This document shows, piece after piece, positions 45,083 to 55,145 of a stretch of DNA of 64,000 nt (position 1 is its first letter; each line of letters opens with the position of its first letter). This DNA comes from Longimicrobiales bacterium (GTDB lineage: Bacteria; Gemmatimonadota; Gemmatimonadetes; Longimicrobiales; Gaopeijiaceae). Where the stretch lies: the NCBI GenBank assembly GCA_965202985.1, contig CBDBCF010000001.1, positions 2,304,001-2,368,000 on the forward strand. The letters are read 5' to 3'. Made by a program: the position numbers and the translations under genes. A model generated the notes under the pieces. That model had not been told where the DNA came from. It saw nothing but the letters and a program-made list of their open reading frames with translations, and made no database searches.

Positions 45083-48000
45083 TCCCCTCCGTCGTCGCGT
45101 CCGAAGCCCTCGACGCCCTGCACGACTTCCTCAAGACCGGCTTCGGCCCCTCGAGCCCCGAGCTCTCCGGGGTCGTGGACGACTTTCTGGCGGACCCGGA
45201 CAACCTGGCCAAGGGGCCGTACCTGTCGATCTCGCTTCCCTTCGAGCACGCGGCAGGGGGCGGCGAGCCGTTCCCGCACATCCCGCTGGGATTCACGCCC
45301 TACAATCACCAGCGCACGGCGATGGAGCGGCTGTCGCCGGACGCTGGGCGCTCCACGGTGATCGCCACGGGCACCGGCTCCGGCAAGACCGAGTGCTTTC
45401 TGTATCCGGTGCTGGAACACTGTCGTCGGCAGGCGGGAAAGCCGGGCGTCAAGGCGGTCGTCGTCTACCCCATGAACGCCTTGGCGTCGGACCAGGCGCG
45501 GCGCATTGCGCGGATCGTTCACGACACGCCGTCGGTGCGGGGTCGGGTGACGGCGGGGCTGTTCATCGGGCAAGCCGCGGGGTCGCCCCGCGACCGGATG
45601 GGGCCGGACGCCGTGATCACGGATCGCTCGGCCATGCGCGAGCGCCCCCCGGACATCCTGCTCACCAACTACAAGATGCTGGACTACCTGATGATCCGGC
45701 CTCGGGACCGGCGGCTTTGGCGCCACAACCAGCCCGACACGTTGCGGTACCTGGTCGTGGACGAGCTCCACACCTTCGACGGCGCCCAGGGCACGGACTT
45801 GGCGTGCCTGATCCGTCGCCTGCGGATGCGGCTGGGCACGCCGGCGGAGAAGCTGGTGTGCGCCGGCACGTCGGCAACGCTGGGTGGCGACCCTCGCGAA
45901 TACGTGTCGCGCATCTTCGACCAGGAGTTCGACGCGGACTCGATCGTCGGCGAGTCGCGCCAAACGATCGACGCCTTCCTGGGCGACGCGCTGATCCGCC
46001 GGCACCTGTTGCCCACCCAGGACTTGGCCAAGGTCGTGGACCCCCGGCGGTACGACACGGCGGAGGCGTACCTTCGCGCCCAGCACGAGCTCTTTCTGGG
46101 GACGCCGATCGAGGGAGACTTCGAGGCCGCGGAGTGGCGCGTGGCGCTGGGCGAAGGGCTTCGGCAGCACGTCGTTTTCGTGAACTTGCTGCGGGCGCTG
46201 GACGGACGATCCCAGCCGTTGCCCAAGCTGGCGAAGCGGTTGCAGGGCAGCTTGCCCGTGTCCAACGACAAGGAAGCGCTCGGCGTGCTGAACGGGTTGT
46301 GCGCATTGATCTCGGCGTCTCGCCGGCGACCGGCCCCGAGCGACGACAACGGCGGTGACGCGCTGCTGCCCTTCCTGCACGTCGGCGTGCATCTGTGGGT
46401 GCGCGAGCTGCGGCGCATGGTGTGCAGCGTGGGCAGCGCAAGCGACATCGGTGGCAAGAACGAATCGCGATTCCGCCTGCGCCACTTCGCCGACCTGAAA
46501 GCCGACGAGCCGTTCGTGCACCTGCCGCTGGTCCAGTGCAGGGAGTGCCACGTCACCGGTTGGGTCACCAAGCTGTCCGGGGCGGGTAGCGCCAGGCCCA
46601 AGGTCTTGTCGCATCGAGCAAGGGACGGAACGCAGGACGGCCTGCAGGACATCTACGGCGCGTTCTTCGGCGGCGACGTCGATGCCGTCTTCCTGTTCCC
46701 AAGGGACGGCGGCGCGGACCTCGGCAAGGGCGTGCCCTCGCTTCTGTGCGGGAAGTGCGGCGTCTTGGCGAACGATGACGGCGACCGCAGCGATGACCAC
46801 GCCGATTCCGACAAGCCGAACGATATCTGCGCCTGCCCCGACAACGCCCTGGTCAAGGTTTACAGGCCGGTCGTGGTGACGCACAGAGGCGGTTCGTCGG
46901 GAGGCGCCAAGTCACGGCTCTCCAAGAACTGCCCGTACTGCAACGCTCGGGAAGCCATGGTGGTCTTGGGCGCCCGCGCCGCCAGCCTTCTCGCCGTCGC
47001 GCTCAACCAGACGGTCTCGTCGCGCCACAACGACGACCCCAAGGTGATCGCCTTCTCCGACAGCGTGCAGGACGCCGCCCACCGCGCCGGCTTCGTGTCG
47101 GCCCGAACGTGGAGCACCAACATGCGGGCGGCGATCGCGCAGACCGTCGCGGCGAACGACCGCTCGTCGCTGGAGGAACTGTCCGGACAGGTCGCCGCCG
47201 GCTGGCGAGCCCACTGGCGGAATGCGAGCGGCAACGCACAAGACACGCTGGACCTGCCAAGCGACGCCCCGGACTTGGCCCGCTTCGTGGGCGAGTTCAT
47301 CGCTCCTGACCGCCGATGGCTGAACGACTTCCGCGAGCTGGAAGAGACCGGCCGCTTGCCCCGGGGTTCGGACTTGCCGGAGCTGGTCGAGCGGCGGATG
47401 CGCTGGAACACGTTCGCCGAGTTCGGCCAGCGGTCGGCTATCGGGCGCACGCTGGAGAATACGCGGACGGCGGCGGTGGGCGTGGACCGCGCCACGCTGG
47501 ACGAAGCGTGCGATACCGCGACGGCTCGGCTCGGCGAAGAGCTCCAGGGCCTGCGCGGCGCTCCCGCTGAGGTGGCCCGGGCACTGGTGCTGGGCATCGT
47601 CCGGCGCATGAAGGACCGAGGCGCGATCCTGACCGATATGGTGAAGGGCTACTTGGCCGACGGCGGCAACCCCTTCGTGCTGCGAAACGACCGCGGCTTG
47701 CCCGACTTCGGAACGGACCGCTCCACGGTGCCCGTCTTCCCTGGCACAAAGGCCACCCGAAAGTTGGGCGTGGAACCGCTCTTCGGGTCCGCTCGCAAGG
47801 GCAAATCCTGGTATCAGAAGTGGACCCGCAGAGTTCTGGATCACCACGGCCTGGCCCTTGCTGTCCACGATTCCGATGTTGTGCTCGGCATCGTCTTCCA
47901 GGCGCTGGACGCCGCGGGGCTTGTGCGAAAGGCGGACGTTGGAAAAGGACAACATGCATGGGGCTTGGTGCCCGACCGCCTCTACGTCACCACCGAAGTC

Positions 48001-51000
48001 GCCGAGGTGCGGAGCGGCAAGGGTCGGCCCCTGGTCGTCCCCCGTCAGGAGGCGAAGCTGTGGGAGAGCCTGCCAAGCCTGGACTTGCTGGCCTCGGGCC
48101 GGTACGAACGCCACAGAGTCGCTCGCCCGACTTGGTTCGGACGCCTCTACCGCGACATGAAGGTCCGTCGCATCGTCGCCGCCGAGCACACGGCCCTGTT
48201 GCCGCGCAAAGAACGCGAACACCTTGAGAAGCGGTTCGCAACGGAGGGCTACCGGCCTTGGGACCCCAACGTCTTGTCGGCAACGCCCACGCTGGAACTG
48301 GGAATCGACATCGGCGACCTGTCCACGGTCATGCTCTGCTCGGTCCCCCCGGAACCCGCCAACTACTTGCAGCGAGCGGGCCGAGCGGGCCGACGCGACG
48401 GCAACGCCTTCAACTTGGCCGTGGCCGCCGCACAGCCGCACGACCTCTACTTCTATGCACAGCCGCTGGACATGCTGGCCGGCAAGGTCGAGCCGCCCGG
48501 CGTCTTCCTGAACGCCACCGCCGTGCTGGAACGGCAGATGATCGCGTACTGCCTCGACAGCTGGGTAGCCTCGGGCGTGGACGAGCGCGCCGTGCCCAGG
48601 ACGATGCGCGCCGTGCTCGCCAACGTCGAGCGTAGGCGGTTGTCTCGGTTCCCGTATCCGTTCTTCGACTTCGTGGGCGAAAACGCTGGCGAGCTTGTGG
48701 CGTCCTTCTTGAAGGCGTTCGACAAGGACTTGAGCGAGACTAGCAAGCGGGCGCTTTCGAGGTTTGTGATCGGCGATGCCGAATCCTCCGTTCACGGCCG
48801 GCCGCTGGTTCACCGCCTCCTCGACCGCTTCGCCGAGGTGGCCAGGGAGCGCAAGTCGATTCGTCGCGAGGTGCAGACGTTGCAGAGACGCGCCGAATCG
48901 TTGAAGCGGGAACCGCAGGATGAAAGCACCCAGGCCGAGATCGACGAGGTGGACGCCGAACGGCGCGGGCTTCAAGGCGTGCTGCGCAAGATTGACAGCC
49001 GCGAGACGTACAACTTCCTCACGGACGAGGGGCTGGTCCCCAACTACGCCTTCCCGGAGAAGGGCGTCATGCTCCGTTCGGTAATCTTGCGAAGGGGCGA
49101 CAAGGCCGCTGGGAGCGACGGCAAGGCGGACCCGCGGCTCGACCACGAGGTGTTCGAGTACGAGCGACCGGCGGCGGCCGCGTTGAGCGAGCTTGCCCCG
49201 GACAACAGCTTCTACGCCGGTGCGCGCAGAGTGCAGATAGACCGCGTGGACTTGGAGACGTCGAAGTTGGAGCAGTGGAGGCTTTGCCCGGCTTGCGTCT
49301 ACTGCGAGCGCGTGGACTCGGTGGACGGCCACGCGACGTGTCCTGGCTGCGGCGACCCCCGGTGGGGCGATGTCGGGCAACGCAGGGAGATGCTTCCGCT
49401 GCGCATGGTGCACGCCACGACGTCGGACAGGGAAAGCCGCATCGGCGACGAAAGCGATCAGCGGCAGCCGAAGTTCTACACCCGTCACTTGGTGGCCGAC
49501 TTCGATCCCAATGAGGACCGGACCGCCTTCGTCGCCACGGGGACCCCCTTCGGCTTCGAGTACATCCCGTCGGCGACCTTCCGGGAGATGAACTTCGGCC
49601 ACCGCTCGGACCAGACCGAGCCGACGCTGGTGGCGGGCCTGCAACTTCCACGAGGCGGGTTCCGCATTTGCAGAGAATGCGGCACGGTACAGCCGTCCGC
49701 TGACAACGACAAGCCGAAGCACACCCGAACGTGTCCAGCGCGACGGCGAGGCGATGGTTCCGGCGCCGACACGATCGCCGAGTGCATCTACCTGTACCGT
49801 AAGTTCGAGTCGGAGGCGATTCGGATGCTTGTACCCGGGGTCGGCGGGGCCAGCGCGGACCTGAACATGCACTCGTTCGTGGCCGCGCTGGAACTCGGCC
49901 TGCGGCGCAAGTTCGGCGGCGAGATCGGACACCTCCGCACCATGGAGTGCGAGTATCCGATTCCGGAAACGAGTCGAAGTCGAAAGTACTTGCTGTTGTA
50001 CGACACCGTGCCCGGCGGCACCGGCTACTTGAAGGACCGCATGACCGACCCCGGCAAGCTGCGCTCGATCTTCGAGGCGGGACATGCCGCTTTGTGCGAG
50101 TGCGCCTGCATCGAGGACCCCGAGAAGGACGGCTGCTACCGTTGCGTCTTCGCCTACCGCCGGAGCCGCGACATGCCCACCACCTCGCGCAAGGTGGCCG
50201 AACGGCTGGTGGCGGCAACCCTGAAGCGGTGGTCGGAGCTGGAGGTCGTGGAGGGGTTGACCGGCGTCGCCGCCAACGTCCTGACCGAGAGCGAACTGGA
50301 GGAGAGGTTCATCGAGGCGTTGCGGCAGAGGGCCGCGAACCCGTTGGCGGACGGCTCTGGATCGCCCGTCGGCTCTGAGTCGGCGAGCGGTTCTGGATTG
50401 GCCGAAGCACCCGCGGTCGAGATTCGCAGCGCGCCGGTGAAGGGCAAGCCCGGCTACATCCTGTCGGTCGGCGGCAACAAATATCGTGTGGAGCCGCAGG
50501 CCGACTTCGACTTGGGCGACGGCGTGGCCATTCCCAGCCGGCCCGACTTCGCGATCTGGCCGGATTCGACGCAGGGCACAGGGCCGCCACCTGACGCCCC
50601 CGCCGTCGCCGTCTTCCTCGACGGCTTCGAGTACCATCGGGACCAGACCGGCGACGATTCGGCGAAGCGCATGAGCTTGGCCCGGGCCGGGGTCCTGGCG
50701 TGGTCGCTCACGTGGGACGACTTGGAAGGCGCCTTCGGTGGCGTTCCCAGCGCGCCGAACTTCATGGGGACCATGGCACCGACCCAGACCGCCGTCCAAG
50801 ACGCCCTGGACGACAGGTGGGACGCGCAGTGGGACACGCGGAAGTTGCGGTCGCGGCTGACCGCGCCCTCGTTCGACCTGCTCCTGCACTACCTGGCCAA
50901 CCCGGTTCCCGCGAAGTGGCGGCGGGCCGTATTCGTCGAGATGCTCGGAGTCTTCGATCAGGAGCAGATGACCAGTCCCGCCTTGCGCGCTCGCTTCGAC

Positions 51001-51774
51001 GACGCGGCAAGCGACGCCTTGCCCGGCCAAGTGCTGGAAGCCGTGGCCGATCTTGCGCAGCCCGTCGTGGTCGGCGGCTTCGGACCGTGGGTCTCGGGGG
51101 CGACCGACGACGCGCGCGCGGCGGCCCGTAAGGCCACGACGCCCGTCCCGCATCGATCAGCCGCATCCCTTTTCGCCGCCCTGCCCCTTGCTGCCATCCC
51201 AGCCACGGACCCGGCCAGCGTTATCGCGGTCGCGCACTTCGACGACGCGAGGGCAGATGCCACCGCCGGGAGCAACGCCCAGAACGCGATGACCAAGCAG
51301 TACCGCATCGACTGGAACGGCGTGCTGCGCCTTTTCAACGTCCTCCAGTTCCTGCCTCAGGCCTGGTGGACCACTCGGACAGGCGTTTCCGGCGGCCTCT
51401 ACCCCGAGTTCGCGCCGCCGGACACCCTCCGTGGCCGGGACGGTGAGCCCTCGGAGGACGACGCCCACCGCCTCGTCGCGCCGCAGCTCCGGCCCCTATT
51501 GCGCCAGCTTGCCCAACGCGACCTCCCCGCCCCCGAACCCGGCCACGAGCTGGCCGACGACGCCGGCAAGGTCGTGGCCCACGCGGAACTGGCTTGGCCC
51601 AGTCGGCGCATCGCGGTGTTGCTCCCGGACCAAGAACACCACAGGATGCATTACGAGAGATTGAGCTGGCAGACTTTGACGGCGGACCGGGAGGCACTGG
51701 CCGGCACCCTCGTCGACACGCTTGCGCAAGCTCTCGCCGTCTCCCCACCGTCCACGAAAGGCGCGCCACGATGA
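45079..51774 (+). CDS. YprA/Hrq1-like DEAH helicase with DUF1998 (MZB) and C-terminal nuclease-like domains
   Basis: TGTGSGKTE, YPMNALA, TNYKMLD, DELH, TSATL, several CxxC pairs, TPTLELGIDIG, QRAGRAGR, YDTVPGGTG, CAC..GCYRC, then RPDF..VFLDGFEYH. Confidence 0.9.
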   Translation: MIPSVVASEALDALHDFLKTGFGPSSPELSGVVDDFLADPDNLAKGPYLSISLPFEHAAGGGEPFPHIPLGFTPYNHQRTAMERLSPDAGRSTVIATGTGSGKTECFLYPVLEHCRRQAGKPGVKAVVVYPMNALASDQARRIARIVHDTPSVRGRVTAGLFIGQAAGSPRDRMGPDAVITDRSAMRERPPDILLTNYKMLDYLMIRPRDRRLWRHNQPDTLRYLVVDELHTFDGAQGTDLACLIRRLRMRLGTPAEKLVCAGTSATLGGDPREYVSRIFDQEFDADSIVGESRQTIDAFLGDALIRRHLLPTQDLAKVVDPRRYDTAEAYLRAQHELFLGTPIEGDFEAAEWRVALGEGLRQHVVFVNLLRALDGRSQPLPKLAKRLQGSLPVSNDKEALGVLNGLCALISASRRRPAPSDDNGGDALLPFLHVGVHLWVRELRRMVCSVGSASDIGGKNESRFRLRHFADLKADEPFVHLPLVQCRECHVTGWVTKLSGAGSARPKVLSHRARDGTQDGLQDIYGAFFGGDVDAVFLFPRDGGADLGKGVPSLLCGKCGVLANDDGDRSDDHADSDKPNDICACPDNALVKVYRPVVVTHRGGSSGGAKSRLSKNCPYCNAREAMVVLGARAASLLAVALNQTVSSRHNDDPKVIAFSDSVQDAAHRAGFVSARTWSTNMRAAIAQTVAANDRSSLEELSGQVAAGWRAHWRNASGNAQDTLDLPSDAPDLARFVGEFIAPDRRWLNDFRELEETGRLPRGSDLPELVERRMRWNTFAEFGQRSAIGRTLENTRTAAVGVDRATLDEACDTATARLGEELQGLRGAPAEVARALVLGIVRRMKDRGAILTDMVKGYLADGGNPFVLRNDRGLPDFGTDRSTVPVFPGTKATRKLGVEPLFGSARKGKSWYQKWTRRVLDHHGLALAVHDSDVVLGIVFQALDAAGLVRKADVGKGQHAWGLVPDRLYVTTEVAEVRSGKGRPLVVPRQEAKLWESLPSLDLLASGRYERHRVARPTWFGRLYRDMKVRRIVAAEHTALLPRKEREHLEKRFATEGYRPWDPNVLSATPTLELGIDIGDLSTVMLCSVPPEPANYLQRAGRAGRRDGNAFNLAVAAAQPHDLYFYAQPLDMLAGKVEPPGVFLNATAVLERQMIAYCLDSWVASGVDERAVPRTMRAVLANVERRRLSRFPYPFFDFVGENAGELVASFLKAFDKDLSETSKRALSRFVIGDAESSVHGRPLVHRLLDRFAEVARERKSIRREVQTLQRRAESLKREPQDESTQAEIDEVDAERRGLQGVLRKIDSRETYNFLTDEGLVPNYAFPEKGVMLRSVILRRGDKAAGSDGKADPRLDHEVFEYERPAAAALSELAPDNSFYAGARRVQIDRVDLETSKLEQWRLCPACVYCERVDSVDGHATCPGCGDPRWGDVGQRREMLPLRMVHATTSDRESRIGDESDQRQPKFYTRHLVADFDPNEDRTAFVATGTPFGFEYIPSATFREMNFGHRSDQTEPTLVAGLQLPRGGFRICRECGTVQPSADNDKPKHTRTCPARRRGDGSGADTIAECIYLYRKFESEAIRMLVPGVGGASADLNMHSFVAALELGLRRKFGGEIGHLRTMECEYPIPETSRSRKYLLLYDTVPGGTGYLKDRMTDPGKLRSIFEAGHAALCECACIEDPEKDGCYRCVFAYRRSRDMPTTSRKVAERLVAATLKRWSELEVVEGLTGVAANVLTESELEERFIEALRQRAANPLADGSGSPVGSESASGSGLAEAPAVEIRSAPVKGKPGYILSVGGNKYRVEPQADFDLGDGVAIPSRPDFAIWPDSTQGTGPPPDAPAVAVFLDGFEYHRDQTGDDSAKRMSLARAGVLAWSLTWDDLEGAFGGVPSAPNFMGTMAPTQTAVQDALDDRWDAQWDTRKLRSRLTAPSFDLLLHYLANPVPAKWRRAVFVEMLGVFDQEQMTSPALRARFDDAASDALPGQVLEAVADLAQPVVVGGFGPWVSGATDDARAAARKATTPVPHRSAASLFAALPLAAIPATDPASVIAVAHFDDARADATAGSNAQNAMTKQYRIDWNGVLRLFNVLQFLPQAWWTTRTGVSGGLYPEFAPPDTLRGRDGEPSEDDAHRLVAPQLRPLLRQLAQRDLPAPEPGHELADDAGKVVAHAELAWPSRRIAVLLPDQEHHRMHYERLSWQTLTADREALAGTLVDTLAQALAVSPPSTKGAPR

Positions 51775-52856
51775 TCCGCCGCGTCACGGTCCGCAACTTC
51801 AAGCGCTTCGAAGAGCAGACGTTCGAGCTTGCCGATTCGGTGGTGCTGGCGGGGCCCAACAACGCCGGAAAGTCTACCATGCTCCAAGCGATCGCGACGT
51901 GGAAGCTGGGCATGGACCGCTGGATCGCCCGGCGCGGTGCGGGAAGCGCCAGCAGCGCGGTCAAACGATCCGGCGTCCCCATCACCCGACGCGGACTGAC
52001 AGCGACGCCGCTTCGCGAGATGAACCTGCTTTGGCGCAACCGCCGAGTCGCGCGAACCAAGCAGGAAGGAGCCCCAGCGGGCACGCCCAGGCTGATCGAG
52101 ATCGTGCTGGAGGGGGGCGGGGAGGCACCATGGAAGTGCGGTTTGGAGTTCCAGTATGCGGACCCCCAGATGGTCTACGTGCGACCCCAGGGTGCAAAAC
52201 AGCTCGACCGCGAGAGCATACGCCGCTTCCCGCCGAAGCCGGCCGCCGATCTGGAAGTCGTGCACATCTCGCCGTTGGCCGGTATTCGACGGGACGAACC
52301 GCGCCTGGACAAGGGGATGCAAGACCTGCTTGTCGGTCAGGGGCAGGTTGGTGGAACGCTGCGCAACCTATTGTTGGAGGCCGCCGAGAAGGAAAACGGC
52401 GATTGGGAGGACTTGGTTGGGCACGTCCGCGACCTGTTCGGGATCGGTTTGCGGAGGCCCGTCTACTCGCCGGCCCAGCCGTACATCTTGTGCGAGTACG
52501 ATGAACCAAAGGGATCGGGTCGCCCTCTGGACTTGGCCAACGCCGGCAGCGGCACGCTTCAGGTCATCCTCCTGCTGGCCTTCCTCTACGCGCGTCCGGC
52601 ACCGGTGATGCTGCTCGACGGACCTGACGCGCACCAGCACGTCGTCCTGCAGAAGCAAGTGTACGGCCTGCTCCGCAAGGTGGCCCGGGAGCGCGGCGGG
52701 CAAGTCGTCCTGGCCACGCACTCCCAGGTCGTCCTGGATGCGACGGCCCCGGAACGCGTGCTGCACTTCTACGGCGGCCGGTATCACGCGCTGACGATGG
52801 GCGCCGACTCCCGATCCGCCGGGGATCAAGCTATGACGCGGGAGGTCGTATCGTGA
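51771..52856 (+). CDS. ABC-type ATPase with altered Walker B
   Basis: VRNFKRF, GPNNAGKS, AGSG, LLDGPDAH (DEP expected), ATHS; 4-bp overlaps on both sides. Confidence 0.8.
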   Translation: MIRRVTVRNFKRFEEQTFELADSVVLAGPNNAGKSTMLQAIATWKLGMDRWIARRGAGSASSAVKRSGVPITRRGLTATPLREMNLLWRNRRVARTKQEGAPAGTPRLIEIVLEGGGEAPWKCGLEFQYADPQMVYVRPQGAKQLDRESIRRFPPKPAADLEVVHISPLAGIRRDEPRLDKGMQDLLVGQGQVGGTLRNLLLEAAEKENGDWEDLVGHVRDLFGIGLRRPVYSPAQPYILCEYDEPKGSGRPLDLANAGSGTLQVILLLAFLYARPAPVMLLDGPDAHQHVVLQKQVYGLLRKVARERGGQVVLATHSQVVLDATAPERVLHFYGGRYHALTMGADSRSAGDQAMTREVVS

Positions 52857-55087
52857 GAGGGCGCTACAAGCTGGCGATTTCGGGCGACTTCTTGCCTGCC
52901 TTTGCGAAGTTGCCGAAAGCACAGCAACAACGGGTCCACGGACTTATCCAAAAGCTCCGGGAGAACCCCACGTCGCCGGGACTGAACTACGAACGCATAC
53001 GCAATGCGCAGAGCCCGAAGATGCGCTCCGTGCGGATCGACCAAGCCTATCGCGCGATCGTTTACGACACCGGGCAGGGTGGACTTCACCTTCTCCTCTG
53101 GGTTGCCAAGCACGACGACGCCTACGCCTGGGCCATGCGCAAGGAGTGCGCCGTCAACCCCGAGACCGGCACTGTGCAGGTGTTTGCGTCCCGGCCCGAC
53201 GACTCCGGCCAGGGCCCGGCCGCAACACCCAGCACGGCGGCGGCCCCATCGGCCCCATCGGCCCCATCGGACCCGTCCGCCTTCGACCAGCTCAAGGACC
53301 GCCAGCTTGTGCGCCTGGGCGTTCCGCAGGCAATGCTCCCGGAAGTCCGAACGGTTCACGACGACGCAGACCTCGAAGCGATGAAGGAACGCTTGCCCAA
53401 AGACGCCTACGAGTCCCTCTTCTACTTCCTGGCCGGCGATTCCTACGACAAGCTGATCCTCGAACGCGAAGCTCCCAGCGAACCGGTCGACACCAGCGAC
53501 TTCGAGGCGGCCCTGGGCCGCAGCGAATCACGCGCTCGGTTCGTCGTGGCGGACGACGATGCCGCCCTCCAGCAAGTGCTCAACGCGCCTCTGGAGCAAT
53601 GGCGGGTCTTCCTGCATCCGTCGCAACGCAGGCTGGTGGAGCGACGGTGGAACGGTCCCGTTCGCGTGCTGGGCGGCGCAGGCACGGGCAAGACCGTCGT
53701 GGCTATGCACCGGGCGCGCTGGTTGGCTCGGCGGATGGCGGACCCGGACCGCGACAGCGACGCCAGCGGAAACCGAGCGGACGGCGCACGCAAGCGCATC
53801 CTCTTCGTCACCTTTGCCCGCAACTTGGCCGCCGACATCGAGAACAACCTGCGTTCGATCTGCTCGCCCGAGGAGATGAAGCGGATCGAGGTGACCAACC
53901 TGGACCGATGGGTGGTCGCGTTCCTGCGCCGCCAAGGGTACGAGTTCCAAATCACCTACGACAAGGACCGGGACCAGCACGCACGGGCCGCGTGGGAGCG
54001 CGCCATGGCTCTTCGGGACCTCGCCTTGGACCACACCGACGCCTTCTACGCCGAGGAATGGCAGCACGTCGTCCAGGCCGCCGGCATCGGGACCGAGGAA
54101 GAGTACTTGCGCGTCTTCCGGGCGGGCCGGGGCACAAGGCTCGGCCGCAGCGCCAGGGCCAAGGTCTGGCCCGTCTTCGCAGAGTACCGGGCGCAGCTGA
54201 CGGAGCACGGGATCAAGGAAGTGGACGACGCCTACCGCGACGCAGCGGCGCTTCTCCGACGCAAACGGAACGCGCCGAGCGCGGACTACGCCGCCGTGAT
54301 CGTCGACGAAGCGCAGGACCTGGGTGCGCCTGCGTTCAAGCTGATCCGCAGCATCGTGCCGGAGGGCAAGGACGACCTGTTCGTCGTCGGGGACGGCCAC
54401 CAGCGCATCTACGGGCGGAGCAATGTCGTGTTGGGACGTTGCGGGATCAACATCCGAGGACGATCGCACAAGTTGCGGCTGGGCTACCGCACCACCGAGG
54501 AGACGCGCGCTTGGGCTGTCGACCTACTGGAAGACCGCGAGATCGACGACCTGGACGGCGGCCGGGACGACAACCGCGACTTCAAGTCTCTCACCCACGG
54601 CCCCGAGCCCAGCCTGCACCACTTCGACAACCGGAGCGCTCAGGCGAACTGGATCGCCCAGTACCTGGACAAGATGTCGCAGCGCGACGAACCGCTGCGC
54701 GGAGCCTGCATCGTCACGAGGACGCGGAACGAGCGCGACGCATTGGCCGACGGACTCGGCGACCGGGGCGTGAACGTCCACGTCTTGGAGCGCGAAGACC
54801 CGGACCCCGAACACGACGACTGCGTCCGCTTGGCGACGATGCACCGCGTGAAGGGACTGGAGTTCGACCGCGTGCTGATCGCCAGCGTCAACCGTCGCAT
54901 GGTGCCCCTCTCCAGAGCGCTCCGCAAAACGGGCGACGCTGCCGCCCGCGAGGTTGCGGAAACCGGCGAGCGCGCCCTGGTCTACGTGGCCGCCACCCGC
55001 GCCAAAAAGGAGCTGCTGGTGCTCAGCTACGGGCGCCGAAGCGAGTTCCTGGGACAGGACAACTACGCCAGCGACCTGTTCGGCTAG
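52853..55087 (+). CDS. UvrD-like SF1 helicase with N-terminal RelE-like domain
   Basis: GGAGTGKT, VDEAQD, GDGHQRIY, GYRT, TMHRVKGLEF, YVAATRA; N-terminus PGLNYERI..SVRIDQAYRAIV. Confidence 0.88.
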   Translation: MRGRYKLAISGDFLPAFAKLPKAQQQRVHGLIQKLRENPTSPGLNYERIRNAQSPKMRSVRIDQAYRAIVYDTGQGGLHLLLWVAKHDDAYAWAMRKECAVNPETGTVQVFASRPDDSGQGPAATPSTAAAPSAPSAPSDPSAFDQLKDRQLVRLGVPQAMLPEVRTVHDDADLEAMKERLPKDAYESLFYFLAGDSYDKLILEREAPSEPVDTSDFEAALGRSESRARFVVADDDAALQQVLNAPLEQWRVFLHPSQRRLVERRWNGPVRVLGGAGTGKTVVAMHRARWLARRMADPDRDSDASGNRADGARKRILFVTFARNLAADIENNLRSICSPEEMKRIEVTNLDRWVVAFLRRQGYEFQITYDKDRDQHARAAWERAMALRDLALDHTDAFYAEEWQHVVQAAGIGTEEEYLRVFRAGRGTRLGRSARAKVWPVFAEYRAQLTEHGIKEVDDAYRDAAALLRRKRNAPSADYAAVIVDEAQDLGAPAFKLIRSIVPEGKDDLFVVGDGHQRIYGRSNVVLGRCGINIRGRSHKLRLGYRTTEETRAWAVDLLEDREIDDLDGGRDDNRDFKSLTHGPEPSLHHFDNRSAQANWIAQYLDKMSQRDEPLRGACIVTRTRNERDALADGLGDRGVNVHVLEREDPDPEHDDCVRLATMHRVKGLEFDRVLIASVNRRMVPLSRALRKTGDAAAREVAETGERALVYVAATRAKKELLVLSYGRRSEFLGQDNYASDLFG

Positions 55088-55145
55088 GCGTAGCTCATCG
55101 CGGCGACACCATGGTGCATGGCCAGGGCAACATAGCCCGAGGCCC

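Noticed and set aside
45079..51774. Druantia DruE or canonical DISARM call
   Set aside because: No DruH/DruA-D-like partners and no separate DrmB or PLD DrmC seen; the SNF2+MTase+UvrD context fits a different DISARM-related type.
53241..53270. 9-bp tandem repeat (CGGCCCCAT)x3 as a phase-variation tract
   Set aside because: The unit is a multiple of 3 and encodes an APS linker, so copy change would not shift frame.
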